Below are positions 1 to 10,648 of a stretch of 64,000 nt of DNA, piece by piece (the first letter of the stretch is position 1; each line of letters begins with the position of its first letter). The stretch is taken from the NCBI GenBank assembly GCA_000004985.1, contig GG738892.1; one strand, given 5' to 3'. A model generated the notes under the pieces. That model saw only the letters and a program-made list of their open reading frames with translations. It was not told the DNA's origin and made no database searches. Source of the stretch: Naegleria gruberi (taxonomy: Eukaryota). A program made the translations under genes and the position numbers.

Positions 1-163
1 CATCGATATGATTTAAAATTGATCGGAATAAATGATCCACCTGTTCCGAAACTTGTTTCATATTAGTTTCATTTAGTAAAGCATCTTGTTTGATGATTTT
101 TAAATAGTTAATAAATTGTAATTCATCAATGGTGGAAGGAAGTATGTTTTTAAATGATGCCAT
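1..163 (-). CDS. 5' end of a protein-coding gene that runs off the window start (N-terminus MASFKNILPSTIDELQFINYLKIIKQDALLNETNMKQVSEQVDHLFRSILNHID...)
   Basis: ATG (plus-strand CAT at 161-163) opens a minus-strand frame that stays open to position 1. Not in the ORF track because it touches the window edge. Product unknown. Confidence 0.35.
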   Translation of the reverse strand, partial: MASFKNILPSTIDELQFINYLKIIKQDALLNETNMKQVSEQVDHLFRSILNHID

Positions 164-291
164 TTTTTTTAAATATCTTTGTAATTGAATGATCTTTAAT
201 TTTTCATAATTTTATAAAATCTTTAAATATATTAAACTATTTAACTATTTAAATAATTATCAAATCGTAAATTTAAAAAAAATAAAAAAAA

Positions 292-519
292 ATGGCACTC
301 GATGACGAAACCAAACATGTCCTGAAAACTGTCGGAATTTCAGTCGGAGTTAGTCTCCTCGTTGTCGGCTTGTATCATCACATTGTGATGGGTCCAATCA
401 TGGACGATGTCGACAATGCACGACAATACATTGCAAAGATTAAAGCACCTCTGGCTCCACTGGTGGAAAAGGCAAAGGCTATTGAACTTCCGAATTGGTT
501 GAAGAAATCGGATCAATAA
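292..519 (+). CDS. small (75 aa) single-pass membrane protein, unknown function
   Basis: True ATG preceded by an A-rich leader (aaaaaaaaATGG). One hydrophobic helix TVGISVGVSLLVVGLYHHIV with a Gly-zipper-like GxxxG spacing. No family recognised. Confidence 0.35.
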   Translation: MALDDETKHVLKTVGISVGVSLLVVGLYHHIVMGPIMDDVDNARQYIAKIKAPLAPLVEKAKAIELPNWLKKSDQ

Positions 520-683
520 TTGGTAATCTTTTTAGTCATCTATTTATCTACTAGTATTTATTGTCATCATCATGTTGGAAATTTCATTCCTGAGATGATG
601 ATTGAATTTTTGTATTTATTTTGGAAAAATTGTAAATTTAATGATGAAATTGTAAATAAAATTGGAATTGTTTGGAATTGGAA

Positions 684-3600
684 TCAAGTTACTTCTTGGA
701 CGAGTTGTTGGGCAGTTAGGCGAGCTTGAGGAAGGAATTTGAGAAGACGAGTCATGATATTGAGGAGTTTGTTTAACAATGCTTGATTGTGGGTATTGCT
801 GTAGTGATCTGTGATTGCTTTGGTCATTTCTTGGAAGCTGAATAGGTAATAATTCGAATAATTTATCAGACCATTAATTAGAAATATTGAAAATGAAACA
901 TACCATTGTTCTTCAGAGTGAATGAGTTTGGAACAAATTGAAGTAGAAGTATCCAAAGTTAATAATTGATACAATGTCACTCCAAGTGAATACATGTCAG
1001 TGGCAAATCCATAAGGTTGATTCAATAGTAATTCTGGTGAAATGTAGCAAAGAGAACCAGCATAGGTATTTTTGGTAGTGTGTGCATTCTCTTTGGCAAT
1101 ACCAAAATCTCCCAAAACAACCTCAATCAAATTCGAGTCAATATCCCTTCTTCTGATAAAGATGTTTTGAGGTTTAATGTCTCGGTGCATGACTTGTTGG
1201 GAATGCACATAGTTAAGAGCTTGGGTGGTTTGAGAAATGATTTTCCAAATAATTGGCAGTGGAATAGTTGTGGCTGATTTGATGGATTCACTAATGATGG
1301 ACATGACATCTCCCTTATACAGTTCCATGACAATGCAAAACATGGAAGAATGCTCGGTATCGACTTGGAAAGTGTCATAAATCTTTACCACATTCTGGTG
1401 ATCCAATTGCTTGACAAGATTGGCTTCATTTTCAGCATCTTGTGTTGGTTTCTGAATTGAATTTTTACCTGTAGCGATGGTTTTGATTGCCACATTTGGT
1501 TCCTCTGGTGTATTCAACACTTGGCATTCAAAAATGATACCAAATCCTCCCTCTCCAATAATTCGAATAATTTTGTATCGATCATCAAGAGTCATTCCCA
1601 AATATTGTTCATATCTTCCATTGCCTGCTCTTTGTGGAAGAATTGAATCGACAGTATTCTTGACTCTCTTCAATTTAATCAGGTTGAGTTCATCATCCAA
1701 TAATTGTAAATCCTTCATGTCCACAACATCCACAAATTCCTCAAAATCGGGATCATAGTATTGCAATTCGTAACTACCTCGAATTCCACATCTGAGCTTG
1801 GTTTTTTTCACAAAATCTTGAACACTCTCAGAATAATTGACAACCATTTTGAATCTCTTACGATACAGATTCAACATGTTATCTATATATTCCACTTCAA
1901 ACTTGTAACAGAGATAGGTTTCGGATTTGTTAAGGAGCTTTCGTGCCCAAATAATCATGTCTGAATTTTCAGTTGTTTCTGCAACAGAGGCCAAATCCAT
2001 TCCATTCTTTTTAACATCCACATCAGCTCCCTTCTCAACTAGGATGAAAGCCAATTCTTGTTGATTCGTCTCTACAGCAAAAGTGAGAGGAGTTCCATTA
2101 TTGATCAATTGGCTGAGACCTGTTTTTCCATTACTGTTCGATTTGGCAGGAGCTTGCTCAGCTTCATTTCCATGATTCAATCGAGCATTTAATAACTTTG
2201 GAAACATTTCAATGAGTGTTACAACGCTTTTGGTTGATCTCTTTCTGAGTGCATATAGAATAAGTGAAGGATTCGAATAGTGAGATTCTTGATATCTAAT
2301 ATCACTAATGGTTCTTCTGGTGGCAAGCTCTGGTTCTTTTTGAACAAGGTATTTCAAAGCACTTGTCATGCCATAATCAATTGCTATAAAGCAAGCCTTT
2401 GATAGAACCTCCACATTGAAATTCTTGTCATCCGTAATCATTGCATTGATGAATAGTTCAACACCTGGATACTTAGAGTTGACAATACAATAATCAATTG
2501 GTCTCAGTCCTCTAAAGCTCTCAAAGCAAAGCTCCTTATTTTTCCTAGCAATGATTTCGACTACAGGCCAATACTTGTTATCGATCGCGTAGAGGAGTAG
2601 ATTCATGTCAACTGGTAATTTCTCATTACTTTTTTGAATATTGTCAATCCGTGTCAAGTGGCAATAATCTATCATTTCTTGATTCTTTGTTCTGAGACTT
2701 TCAGCAGCAATGTCTTTGCCTTTTCTGAGGGCATTGACATTAGCTCCTTTGGAAATTAATTCTTTAAGCTCTTCAAATTGGTTGAGTTGAATGGCTACAA
2801 ACATAGCCTCGTCCAATGACATTCCACCACTCTTATCATAGACAGTAAGGTAATATCTATAATAATTTCCACATTTAACAAGATATTTGATGATTTGATT
2901 TTCATATTCCACAAGCTTTGACTTGTCAACCTTGTTGGTCTTGTTTAAAAGATCATTGACCTTTCCAGTAAATTTGTTCAATCCATCCGTTGATGTTTTT
3001 TCTTTCTGGAATATCTTTTCCACCTCTAGTAAATTTTCCTTATATCTTAGAATAGTATCATTGATATTCTTCCACAATCTGCAATATTCAAACATTTTGC
3101 TACAATAAGTTTCATTGATATTGTAAAAGTATGAAAGAACCATACAAATATTAACATTAGGATATTTCAACGAAACAGTTTTGAGCATATTTCTTGTAAC
3201 AGCTATTGGATGACTTCCAAGATCTGGAATGTTCGAAACATTTGGAAGAGTCTCCTTCGAAAGGCAAATTAACACAATATGAGAAGCACAAATCTTTTTC
3301 AGGATATCTCTTTCCAACTTGTAGGTAGAAAGCTTTGAAACCTCATAGTGAAGTGCTCCAATTAATTTGTAATAGCTGTAGAAATACTTGATGAGAGCAA
3401 ATTGCTTTTCTTCTTGATATAAATAGGTCAATTGATTGATGAGAGCATTCGTATTGTCGAATATTGAACTCATTGCTTCAAATCCAATACCTTTGAGCCG
3501 ATATTTCAAATCAGCAAGTTGATACATATTTTGGGAATTATGCAAACAATCTCTCAATGTTAAAATATTCTGTCTATGCTTGTGAATTAAACACTTGACT

Positions 3601-6600
3601 TTCATGTGAACAAGAGCAGGGAAGCCAACAAATGAGGGTGAAATTGAGTAAATCTCCTTTTGCCAAGTGATTGAATGGGATTGAACAAAAAATTGTTTCG
3701 AAACCAAACTCAGAATGAATAAACTTGTTGGTGTGGTAAAGAGACAAATTCTGCCAATGACCTTATCAGGAAGCCACTTATTAAAAGTTGGGAATCTCCG
3801 TTTGATACTTTCTGAAAGTGCCATATACACATTTCCCATACTCAACAAGTGTTTCAATGGTAAATTGTGCATTATAAATGTAGAATAGAGTGGAACTGCT
3901 TTTTCAATAATTCCAAGAACTATATTATCCGTTTGTTGACCAGGATCTTCTTCGTCATCCTCCTCACGAAACAGCTTCAATTTTTGCTCCAGCTCAACTC
4001 GTAATGACATCTTATTGGACTTTGGTTTTGAGAGTGGAATTGGTGATTTGGATTTTGGAGTACTAGCTTTCGAAAACAAAGTAGGGGGAGGTGGTGGAGG
4101 GATTGCCTTTTCTAGTGGAGTAGGTTTGATAAAGAGTTTGACATCTATTGGTTGGTTAATATTTGGAGGTGGAAGAGGTATTTCCACTTGTTTTGTTGTG
4201 GTGTTCTCTTCCTTCTTTATGGTAGAGGTAGCAGTGGAAATTAGCTTAAATGAACTGTCTGTGTTAGTCTTTTCGATAAAGATACTCGTTGTCAGGAACA
4301 AGTAGTACAATTCATTTCTATCGATGAGTTCATTATCCATCGTCTTGTTTCTGTATTGAATGAGGTAGGGCTGATTGGCCGAGTAGACCTCCATCTTGCC
4401 AGCAATAATTCTCTTTGCTGTTGGTTCCTTGCTCTTAACTGGTCTAATCAGTAGTGGATTGAATATTGGAACTGGAGGAATAATACCACGTTTGTAAACA
4501 ATTACCTTATTATCGAATGGATTGTCTAATTTTTCAACAGATCGTAATGGCAAATTCTTGACATGTTCTGGCAATTCTTTTGGAATCAATTCCAGCAAAT
4601 ATTTGACTTCCTCCTGACGATGCTTTGTAAGCATTGACTCTTTCATAACTGTTATAATAGTATAGAGGAAGGTACTGAATTGATTATCCTTGAATCCAAA
4701 TCTCTTCTTGATATCCATGAAGAATGTTCCATGATAACGTTCCATAATTGAATCAATCCAAGAAGATGCTCTGTTCCAATCAAATTGTTTAGACAAGTTT
4801 AAAACTGTCTTTTTAAGAATTTCGAATAATCTGTTATGATTCTTGGAGAAAACATAGGCCAAATAATCAACATATCTCACATTGTGAAAGTATAAACCAG
4901 AACCAGCCTCTGACTTTTTGATGAACATTTTCAATTCCATCAAGTCATTAGTAATGGAGGTGGAATTTTTCAATACATAGGTCCCAGTAACCTTTGCATC
5001 AATGCCATGATTGAAAATGATCATGGTTTGGTCAATAATTGCCATTAGAGTTTTCATTGGCAACATGAATGGCTCGAAGAGTGAGGGAACAACCTCGAAA
5101 AGTCTGTCAAATTTTGGATCAGAAACAATTTTTGATTCATAGTCATGAGTTTCGTCCAATATTTGTTTCAGATATTTTGCAGATGATGATTTTAACAGGG
5201 TGTCTGCAATTTTAAATTCCAAAGGTTCTAAATCTGTACCTCTAATATCGTGACTAATAATTTCAAGAGATTTTTCCGAGAGCATATCAATAAATTTCAA
5301 AACCTTGACGCTTTTGATCGCATCCAAATCTGGATATCTCAAAAATTCAAAATCTGTACTATTCTGTTGTAAAAATTCTTTCAAATTCACATCCTTGACA
5401 AAGTTCTGCTTGTTTAAAACCTTGCTCAACCTCATGTAGAGATGATTCTTTTCATAGACGCTGGTAATATTCTCGTGAAGTCGTTCGACATAGTTCAGGA
5501 ATGTTTCCAACTCATTACTCTCATCCTCAATTAGTTTTTTAAATGTTTTCCCTCTGTGTGAATGCAGTACTGATGGAAACATGTCACTGGAGAGAAAGGT
5601 CACATTATGAACAAAGGTCTGAACGTACGGATCATTGGTGAGGAAATTTCTCAAATAATCAGGTGAAATATATTTGGAGTTTAAATAGTGATTATTATTT
5701 GTCTCTCTTTTGTTATTTCCATTAGAAAAATTAGAGCTACCCGAAGGAGGAGTATTAGTTGGTGAAGGTGGAGGAGTAGATTTGGGAGATTCTTCTAAGT
5801 TATCAAAGACTGAGGCAAACGAACCTGCTAATGATAAATTTCCAGATGAATTTTCCCTCTTCATTTCCGTTTCAGATGAGAAGAAATCATGAGCATGAAT
5901 CCACAATTGAAATAATTCCTTTTGATTATTTTCCAATAAATGATTCAACACTTGTAATATTTGATAACTGAAAAAGTAAGATTCTTGTCCAGAGTTTGGA
6001 AAGGATTTGTCATTATATTCATAAATATCCAATCCTGTTGTATCCTTTTGTTTTTTCAAATAGAATTTGAATCCTTGTAAATTTCTCTGAATAAAGTTTA
6101 GAATAAACTCATGGAAATAATTACTTACAATGATGGTCTTTTTAATTTCCATAGTTGGATATCGAATTAATTTCTTTTGGAGAATTGAATTTGGAGAAGC
6201 CATATTCGAATCAAAATTAGGTGTCTGATCCGAAGTGAAAGGATTTACCTTGATAATCTTATTTGAAAAGTTCTCCACCTGTTGTCTATTTGGTTTACTA
6301 TTTTGACTTGCAGATAAATATTTAAATCTTCCATTAGTTTCTGATTGACTAGAATTGGGCACTGTTTGTTTCTGTTGAAAATGTTGAGATTGAACATTCT
6401 TCGCCTGATAAACTGTGGAACGAATAAAATCAGCCAATTTACTCTTTCCACTCGACTCTTTACTCCAACCAAAATCTTTAGGTTTCGCACTAAATGAACT
6501 AATCTCACAAATTAATGGAATTTGTAAGACATTAGAAGATTGAGACATGTTTTCCAAAAAGATTCCCTTCCTCACAGTGGGCTGATCCCTCATTAGTGAA

Positions 6601-6956
6601 ATTAAATCAGTCAATATAATTCCTCCAAACAAGTAGGCATCCTCAGTATTGAAATATTGTGAACGTTCGGGAATGACTTGAATTTGTATGGAAATCACAT
6701 CACGGGATGGATTTTCTATATCGAGTGTGGTAGAAATAGAGGTTGTATTGGTTTTTAATTGATCGGCAGAAAAACTTTGTTTATGTTGTAGGTGTCGTGA
6801 GGTGTAGATGGAAATTTCCACTTGAGTGGGAGAATAGAGTTGAGTATTGATGGTGTTGAGAAGGTTGGAATCAAATTCCTTGATGCTCGTAGAGATGTTG
6901 ATGAACCCGAGCTGTAGTTCCAGGCTTGTATTTGCTGCCTGTGTTTGTGTGAGCAT
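684..6956 (-). CDS. large multidomain Ser/Thr protein kinase with ankyrin repeats. N-terminal ~1300 aa is uncharacterised with a poly-proline stretch, then ankyrin repeats, then a C-terminal kinase domain (GEGGFG...HRDIKPQN...DFGIAK...SPE). Possible in-frame 66-nt intron at 838..903.
   Basis: Continuous 2090-codon ORF. Kinase subdomains I-XI are readable (GxGxxG, VAIK, HRDIKPQN, DFG, ISPE, DMYSLG, C-terminal RLTAQQLVQ). Ankyrin-like repeats (..G..PL.FA......ELAFILVEKGADVD.). The candidate intron is GTATGT...CAG, 66 nt, with no stop; removing it deletes an odd low-complexity insert (WYVSFSIFLINGLINYSNYYLFS) inside the kinase C-lobe. Confidence 0.8.
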   Translation of the reverse strand: MLTQTQAANTSLELQLGFINISTSIKEFDSNLLNTINTQLYSPTQVEISIYTSRHLQHKQSFSADQLKTNTTSISTTLDIENPSRDVISIQIQVIPERSQYFNTEDAYLFGGIILTDLISLMRDQPTVRKGIFLENMSQSSNVLQIPLICEISSFSAKPKDFGWSKESSGKSKLADFIRSTVYQAKNVQSQHFQQKQTVPNSSQSETNGRFKYLSASQNSKPNRQQVENFSNKIIKVNPFTSDQTPNFDSNMASPNSILQKKLIRYPTMEIKKTIIVSNYFHEFILNFIQRNLQGFKFYLKKQKDTTGLDIYEYNDKSFPNSGQESYFFSYQILQVLNHLLENNQKELFQLWIHAHDFFSSETEMKRENSSGNLSLAGSFASVFDNLEESPKSTPPPSPTNTPPSGSSNFSNGNNKRETNNNHYLNSKYISPDYLRNFLTNDPYVQTFVHNVTFLSSDMFPSVLHSHRGKTFKKLIEDESNELETFLNYVERLHENITSVYEKNHLYMRLSKVLNKQNFVKDVNLKEFLQQNSTDFEFLRYPDLDAIKSVKVLKFIDMLSEKSLEIISHDIRGTDLEPLEFKIADTLLKSSSAKYLKQILDETHDYESKIVSDPKFDRLFEVVPSLFEPFMLPMKTLMAIIDQTMIIFNHGIDAKVTGTYVLKNSTSITNDLMELKMFIKKSEAGSGLYFHNVRYVDYLAYVFSKNHNRLFEILKKTVLNLSKQFDWNRASSWIDSIMERYHGTFFMDIKKRFGFKDNQFSTFLYTIITVMKESMLTKHRQEEVKYLLELIPKELPEHVKNLPLRSVEKLDNPFDNKVIVYKRGIIPPVPIFNPLLIRPVKSKEPTAKRIIAGKMEVYSANQPYLIQYRNKTMDNELIDRNELYYLFLTTSIFIEKTNTDSSFKLISTATSTIKKEENTTTKQVEIPLPPPNINQPIDVKLFIKPTPLEKAIPPPPPPTLFSKASTPKSKSPIPLSKPKSNKMSLRVELEQKLKLFREEDDEEDPGQQTDNIVLGIIEKAVPLYSTFIMHNLPLKHLLSMGNVYMALSESIKRRFPTFNKWLPDKVIGRICLFTTPTSLFILSLVSKQFFVQSHSITWQKEIYSISPSFVGFPALVHMKVKCLIHKHRQNILTLRDCLHNSQNMYQLADLKYRLKGIGFEAMSSIFDNTNALINQLTYLYQEEKQFALIKYFYSYYKLIGALHYEVSKLSTYKLERDILKKICASHIVLICLSKETLPNVSNIPDLGSHPIAVTRNMLKTVSLKYPNVNICMVLSYFYNINETYCSKMFEYCRLWKNINDTILRYKENLLEVEKIFQKEKTSTDGLNKFTGKVNDLLNKTNKVDKSKLVEYENQIIKYLVKCGNYYRYYLTVYDKSGGMSLDEAMFVAIQLNQFEELKELISKGANVNALRKGKDIAAESLRTKNQEMIDYCHLTRIDNIQKSNEKLPVDMNLLLYAIDNKYWPVVEIIARKNKELCFESFRGLRPIDYCIVNSKYPGVELFINAMITDDKNFNVEVLSKACFIAIDYGMTSALKYLVQKEPELATRRTISDIRYQESHYSNPSLILYALRKRSTKSVVTLIEMFPKLLNARLNHGNEAEQAPAKSNSNGKTGLSQLINNGTPLTFAVETNQQELAFILVEKGADVDVKKNGMDLASVAETTENSDMIIWARKLLNKSETYLCYKFEVEYIDNMLNLYRKRFKMVVNYSESVQDFVKKTKLRCGIRGSYELQYYDPDFEEFVDVVDMKDLQLLDDELNLIKLKRVKNTVDSILPQRAGNGRYEQYLGMTLDDRYKIIRIIGEGGFGIIFECQVLNTPEEPNVAIKTIATGKNSIQKPTQDAENEANLVKQLDHQNVVKIYDTFQVDTEHSSMFCIVMELYKGDVMSIISESIKSATTIPLPIIWKIISQTTQALNYVHSQQVMHRDIKPQNIFIRRRDIDSNLIEVVLGDFGIAKENAHTTKNTYAGSLCYISPELLLNQPYGFATDMYSLGVTLYQLLTLDTSTSICSKLIHSEEQWYVSFSIFLINGLINYSNYYLFSFQEMTKAITDHYSNTHNQALLNKLLNIMTRLLKFLPQARLTAQQLVQEVT

Positions 6957-7097
6957 TTTTATTTGATGTTATTAAACGACAGTTGACTCGTAAAATGGTT
7001 AAGTGATTAATGAGCTGATTTGGGTAATTAACATGTCTATCACAACAAATAGCAGACTTTGTAAAGGATCCAAACATTTTGAAATCATGTAGTTTCA

Positions 7098-8045
7098 TTA
7101 ATTTTCAATAATTAAAACACCAATAACATGACTTCCTCCTTTTTCTTGTTCATTAGAAAATGGTTCAAAAGTAACCTTAACTTGAGACATTACTTGTGAA
7201 TAATCTCCAACACCTTCCAATTGCAAAGTATCATCTCTATTCAATATGTGAATAGAACTCTTATCATCATGATTGGATGATTTTGGAATGTTAACTTTGA
7301 CCAAGGCATCCAAATCATCGGGTACATATAAAAACAAGTGCCACTTCCTTTGATTGTTACTAGTATCTATTTGTTGTTCTTCTTCATCTTGTTCTGTTGT
7401 AGTTGATGAAGTTGTTGTTACTGGTAATAAATCCAATAATTGCAACAAATTAATTTCTTCTGATGAATCAAAGTCATGCACAGAACGACAAACGACCTTC
7501 TCACACTTGGTTCTTTCATCCTTCGTCATGACATTATAGTCAATAATTAAATGTTCCTGGTCTCCTTCATCGATTGTTGAAGGAATTAATTCACACTCTG
7601 TTTTGGCAGAACCAGAAAAGTAATAGGGAACCATCAGTGGAAGATAATCCCTTTGTATTAATTCCTTCCTTGATGAATCTTGTTCTTCATGTTGTTGAAT
7701 AATGTACATTTGTGTTGGATGTGTAGTCTTTTGTTGTGGATGTTGCGATAGATTACATTGAGTATAAATTAAAACACGAGAATAGCCTACAAAGGATGAG
7801 AAGGGGACCTTTTGAGAGTTTGTTGTTGTTTGTTGCTCTTCAAGAGGTTGTTGTTGATGAAATTGTGTTTTCATCTGAGCACTCGATAAACGGAATGTAA
7901 AATCATCATTAACAGATGTACACGTTGATGGAGAAATGATAAATTGTCTGGTAGTTCCTTGACCATTCTTCCATGGCATGGTTTGATAGTCAGAACTTGC
8001 GAGCTTGGAAGAAGATAAAATAGAATAGTGGATTGGGGGAGACAT
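7098..8045 (-). CDS. HutD/Ves-family protein (315 aa)
   Basis: ATG start. N-terminal motif YQTMPWKNGQGTTRQFIISP matches the HutD/Ves signature (R..MPWKNGGG.T.EI). The remainder is consistent with a cupin-like protein. This family is mostly bacterial. Confidence 0.55.
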   Translation of the reverse strand: MSPPIHYSILSSSKLASSDYQTMPWKNGQGTTRQFIISPSTCTSVNDDFTFRLSSAQMKTQFHQQQPLEEQQTTTNSQKVPFSSFVGYSRVLIYTQCNLSQHPQQKTTHPTQMYIIQQHEEQDSSRKELIQRDYLPLMVPYYFSGSAKTECELIPSTIDEGDQEHLIIDYNVMTKDERTKCEKVVCRSVHDFDSSEEINLLQLLDLLPVTTTSSTTTEQDEEEQQIDTSNNQRKWHLFLYVPDDLDALVKVNIPKSSNHDDKSSIHILNRDDTLQLEGVGDYSQVMSQVKVTFEPFSNEQEKGGSHVIGVLIIEN

Positions 8046-8153
8046 GTTTTTTATTGTTTTTTTTAATTTTTAATTTAATAAATTTTAAATATTGGCTTTA
8101 CAGAATAACAAATCATCACTTCCAGTGCCAACAAGAATTATGTTTTCAATAAA

Positions 8154-8702
8154 ATGGATAAACTGCACCTCGAACGGCCAGATGAAAAGTTCGACTACCG
8201 AAACGAAAAGTGTGTCTGTTGTTTTTGTGGTCATAAGAAAAAGAATTGGAGCCGATTCTATCTTTTATCACCGAAAGGAATAGAGGTTGCAAGTAGATTA
8301 CTTGGAAAGGATATTCAGCCGGGTTATTGTTGTTGCAAAATGTTCACTCGAGTAAAGAGATACTATGGGAAGGAATGTTTATCAAGAAAGGAAGAGTTAC
8401 AAAAGAGAGAATCGAGAAGCAATGATACAGGAAATATTTCAGTGGTTCCCTTCTCAACATTGGCAAGTGACACAAATCAAACAATTTCATTGGTTGCCCA
8501 TGATGATCTGCCAGTTAAAAGTGTTCTAGTGGTAAAAAAGAAACATACAGAATCAAAGATGATTTCAAAAAAACACAAAATGAAATTAATGGACAGCAAA
8601 TGTTTACCCTTAAAATCACAACTTCTCACCACAACTGAAAAAGGAGCAATTGAATTATTGGCTATTAAGGAAACGCAAAATTACGAGTATAGAAATAATT
8701 AA
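8154..8702 (+). CDS. hypothetical protein (182 aa), Cys-rich N-terminus (CVCCFCGHKKKNW...CCCKMF), basic
   Basis: ATG-initiated ORF with AT-rich flanks. No recognisable family. Confidence 0.35.
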   Translation: MDKLHLERPDEKFDYRNEKCVCCFCGHKKKNWSRFYLLSPKGIEVASRLLGKDIQPGYCCCKMFTRVKRYYGKECLSRKEELQKRESRSNDTGNISVVPFSTLASDTNQTISLVAHDDLPVKSVLVVKKKHTESKMISKKHKMKLMDSKCLPLKSQLLTTTEKGAIELLAIKETQNYEYRNN

Positions 8703-8728
8703 TTTTGTAAATAGATATATATAGATTA

Positions 8729-10555
8729 TTAAACAAAAATTTGTTGAAGGGCAGGTAATTTTCTAAGCATATTTCTAACTTGGTTACCATAGGGGTTTGG
8801 CCAGTATGCACAGAGCCATGTTAAATTTTTCAAAGCAAGTATGGATTTTGCTCCTTCATCAGTCATTCCAATGCCATTAATGTGGAGTTTTGTGAGACGA
8901 GTTAGTCGACTAATAGCCTTAACTCCTTCATCTCCAATTTCATAATCGCTGTAAATGCGCAGTTCAGTTAATTGGCTCATCTGACCAATATATTTAGCTC
9001 CTACAGTTCGAATATTATTAGCGCCAATCGAAAGAGCAGTTAAATTGGGTAATTGACTGATAAATCGAGCCCCTTCTGAACAAATATTATTATAGTCAAT
9101 CTTGAGAATTAGTAAATGTTTCATCTCGCTTATCTTTTCGGCACCTGTTGTTCCAATTTCGTTGTTTTCAATATCAAGTTCAGTTAAATGCTTTAACTCT
9201 GTAATTGATTGAATTCCAGTTTTGTTTATGGAATTTCGTGGGACAATTAATGATGTCAAATGTGTCATTTCACAGATTGATTTGAATTCATTTTGAGTAA
9301 AATTTTTCGAAATGTCAAGTTTTTTCAAATGTTTCATTCTTTCAAGTAAATTGGGATCCAAATAATAATTATAGTGTAGGTACAGTGATTTCAATTGATC
9401 TAATTTGGTGATGGAAACCAATCCATTCGTGGTAATTTTGTTATATCCTAAATTAAGGTATGTTAAATTTGTAATTTCACTACTTTCTACCATTACATTC
9501 TCAATTTGATTATATTGCATATCCAGAAAGGTTAATTGTTTCATTTTGATAATATACTCCGCACCAACATCACCAATTCTATTTCCATTAATGCAAAGTG
9601 CAGTTAATTTTTCAAGTCTACTAATATATAAGGCACCTTTAGCATGAATATGATTATTTCCAATGGAAAGGCATGTCAATTGTTTCATTTCAGCAACATT
9701 TTGTGCTCCTTTAGATCCGAGATTATTTCTATTAATATTGAGCGATTTTAAATATTGTAATTTTTCACTAATCGGCTTGCAAGAGGTAATACCACAACCA
9801 CTAACATTGAGATATATCAAATGATTTAAATTTTCTGCAATTTCCTCAATTCCCAAATCTCCAATTCTATTCTTTTTAATATTAAGATGTGTTAAATTTT
9901 TCATTTTACAAATTGATTCTACACTTTCAATTCTATTATTTCTAATATTCAACAATGTTAAACCTTTCAAATCACTCAACAATTCCAACCCTTCATCTTT
10001 TATATGATTATCCCCTAAATTTAATAATTCCAAATTTTTAAATTGAGATAGTATTTTAACTTGTTCATTTCCAATATCACTTGAAGCAATGTCCAATCTT
10101 TTCAAATGTTTCATTTTACAAATTGTATTCTCTACACTTTCGAATAAAGTTTCATTACCATGATCAACATGTCTTGATTGTTTGAAAAATTGCATAAATC
10201 GTAATCCAACAAGTTTTAAATTGAAAATACCCTCCATATGATGATGTTTCCAACTCGAATAAATCCAAACTCTATTAAAATAACCTTTTCTCATGACCAG
10301 GGAAAGTTTCGCCTTCTTGTTTGTAATCACCCGATCCCACTGTTGCGAAATTAATGTACAAACTGTTTTTACAAATTGATAATCAAGATATTGAACAATT
10401 TCTGAACAAATATCATCCGAAAACAATTCATCTAAACTTTGATAATATTAAAATGATTTTTATAAATTTTGCATGTAAATAGAGATATGTAAATATTACT
10501 TACCACTCGATAATCTAAATTTCAATGATTCCGATAATGATACTTGTTCTGGCAT
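8729..10555 (-). CDS. F-box-like + leucine-rich-repeat protein (RNI-like LRRs), 2 exons: join(8729..10431,10504..10555)
   Basis: The track ORF 8729..10426 begins with TTG, not ATG. An upstream mini-exon ATG CCA GAA ... TCG AGT G is followed by GTAAGT, a 72-nt intron and acceptor tttag|AT, which restores the frame (MPEQVSLSESLKFRLSS-D-ELFSDDICSEIVQYLD...). The body has about 16 repeats of the type LxxLxIxxNxIGxxGAxxIS.Lk.Lt.L. It is a paralogue of the gene at 17310..18524. Confidence 0.6.
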
Positions 10556-10648
10556 TTTTTTTGTGAATTTTGTAAAGATTGTAAAGAGAGAACAAACTTG
10601 ATCAAGTTCAATATTGCATTCAATATTGATAGGTTTATATTCACTGGT

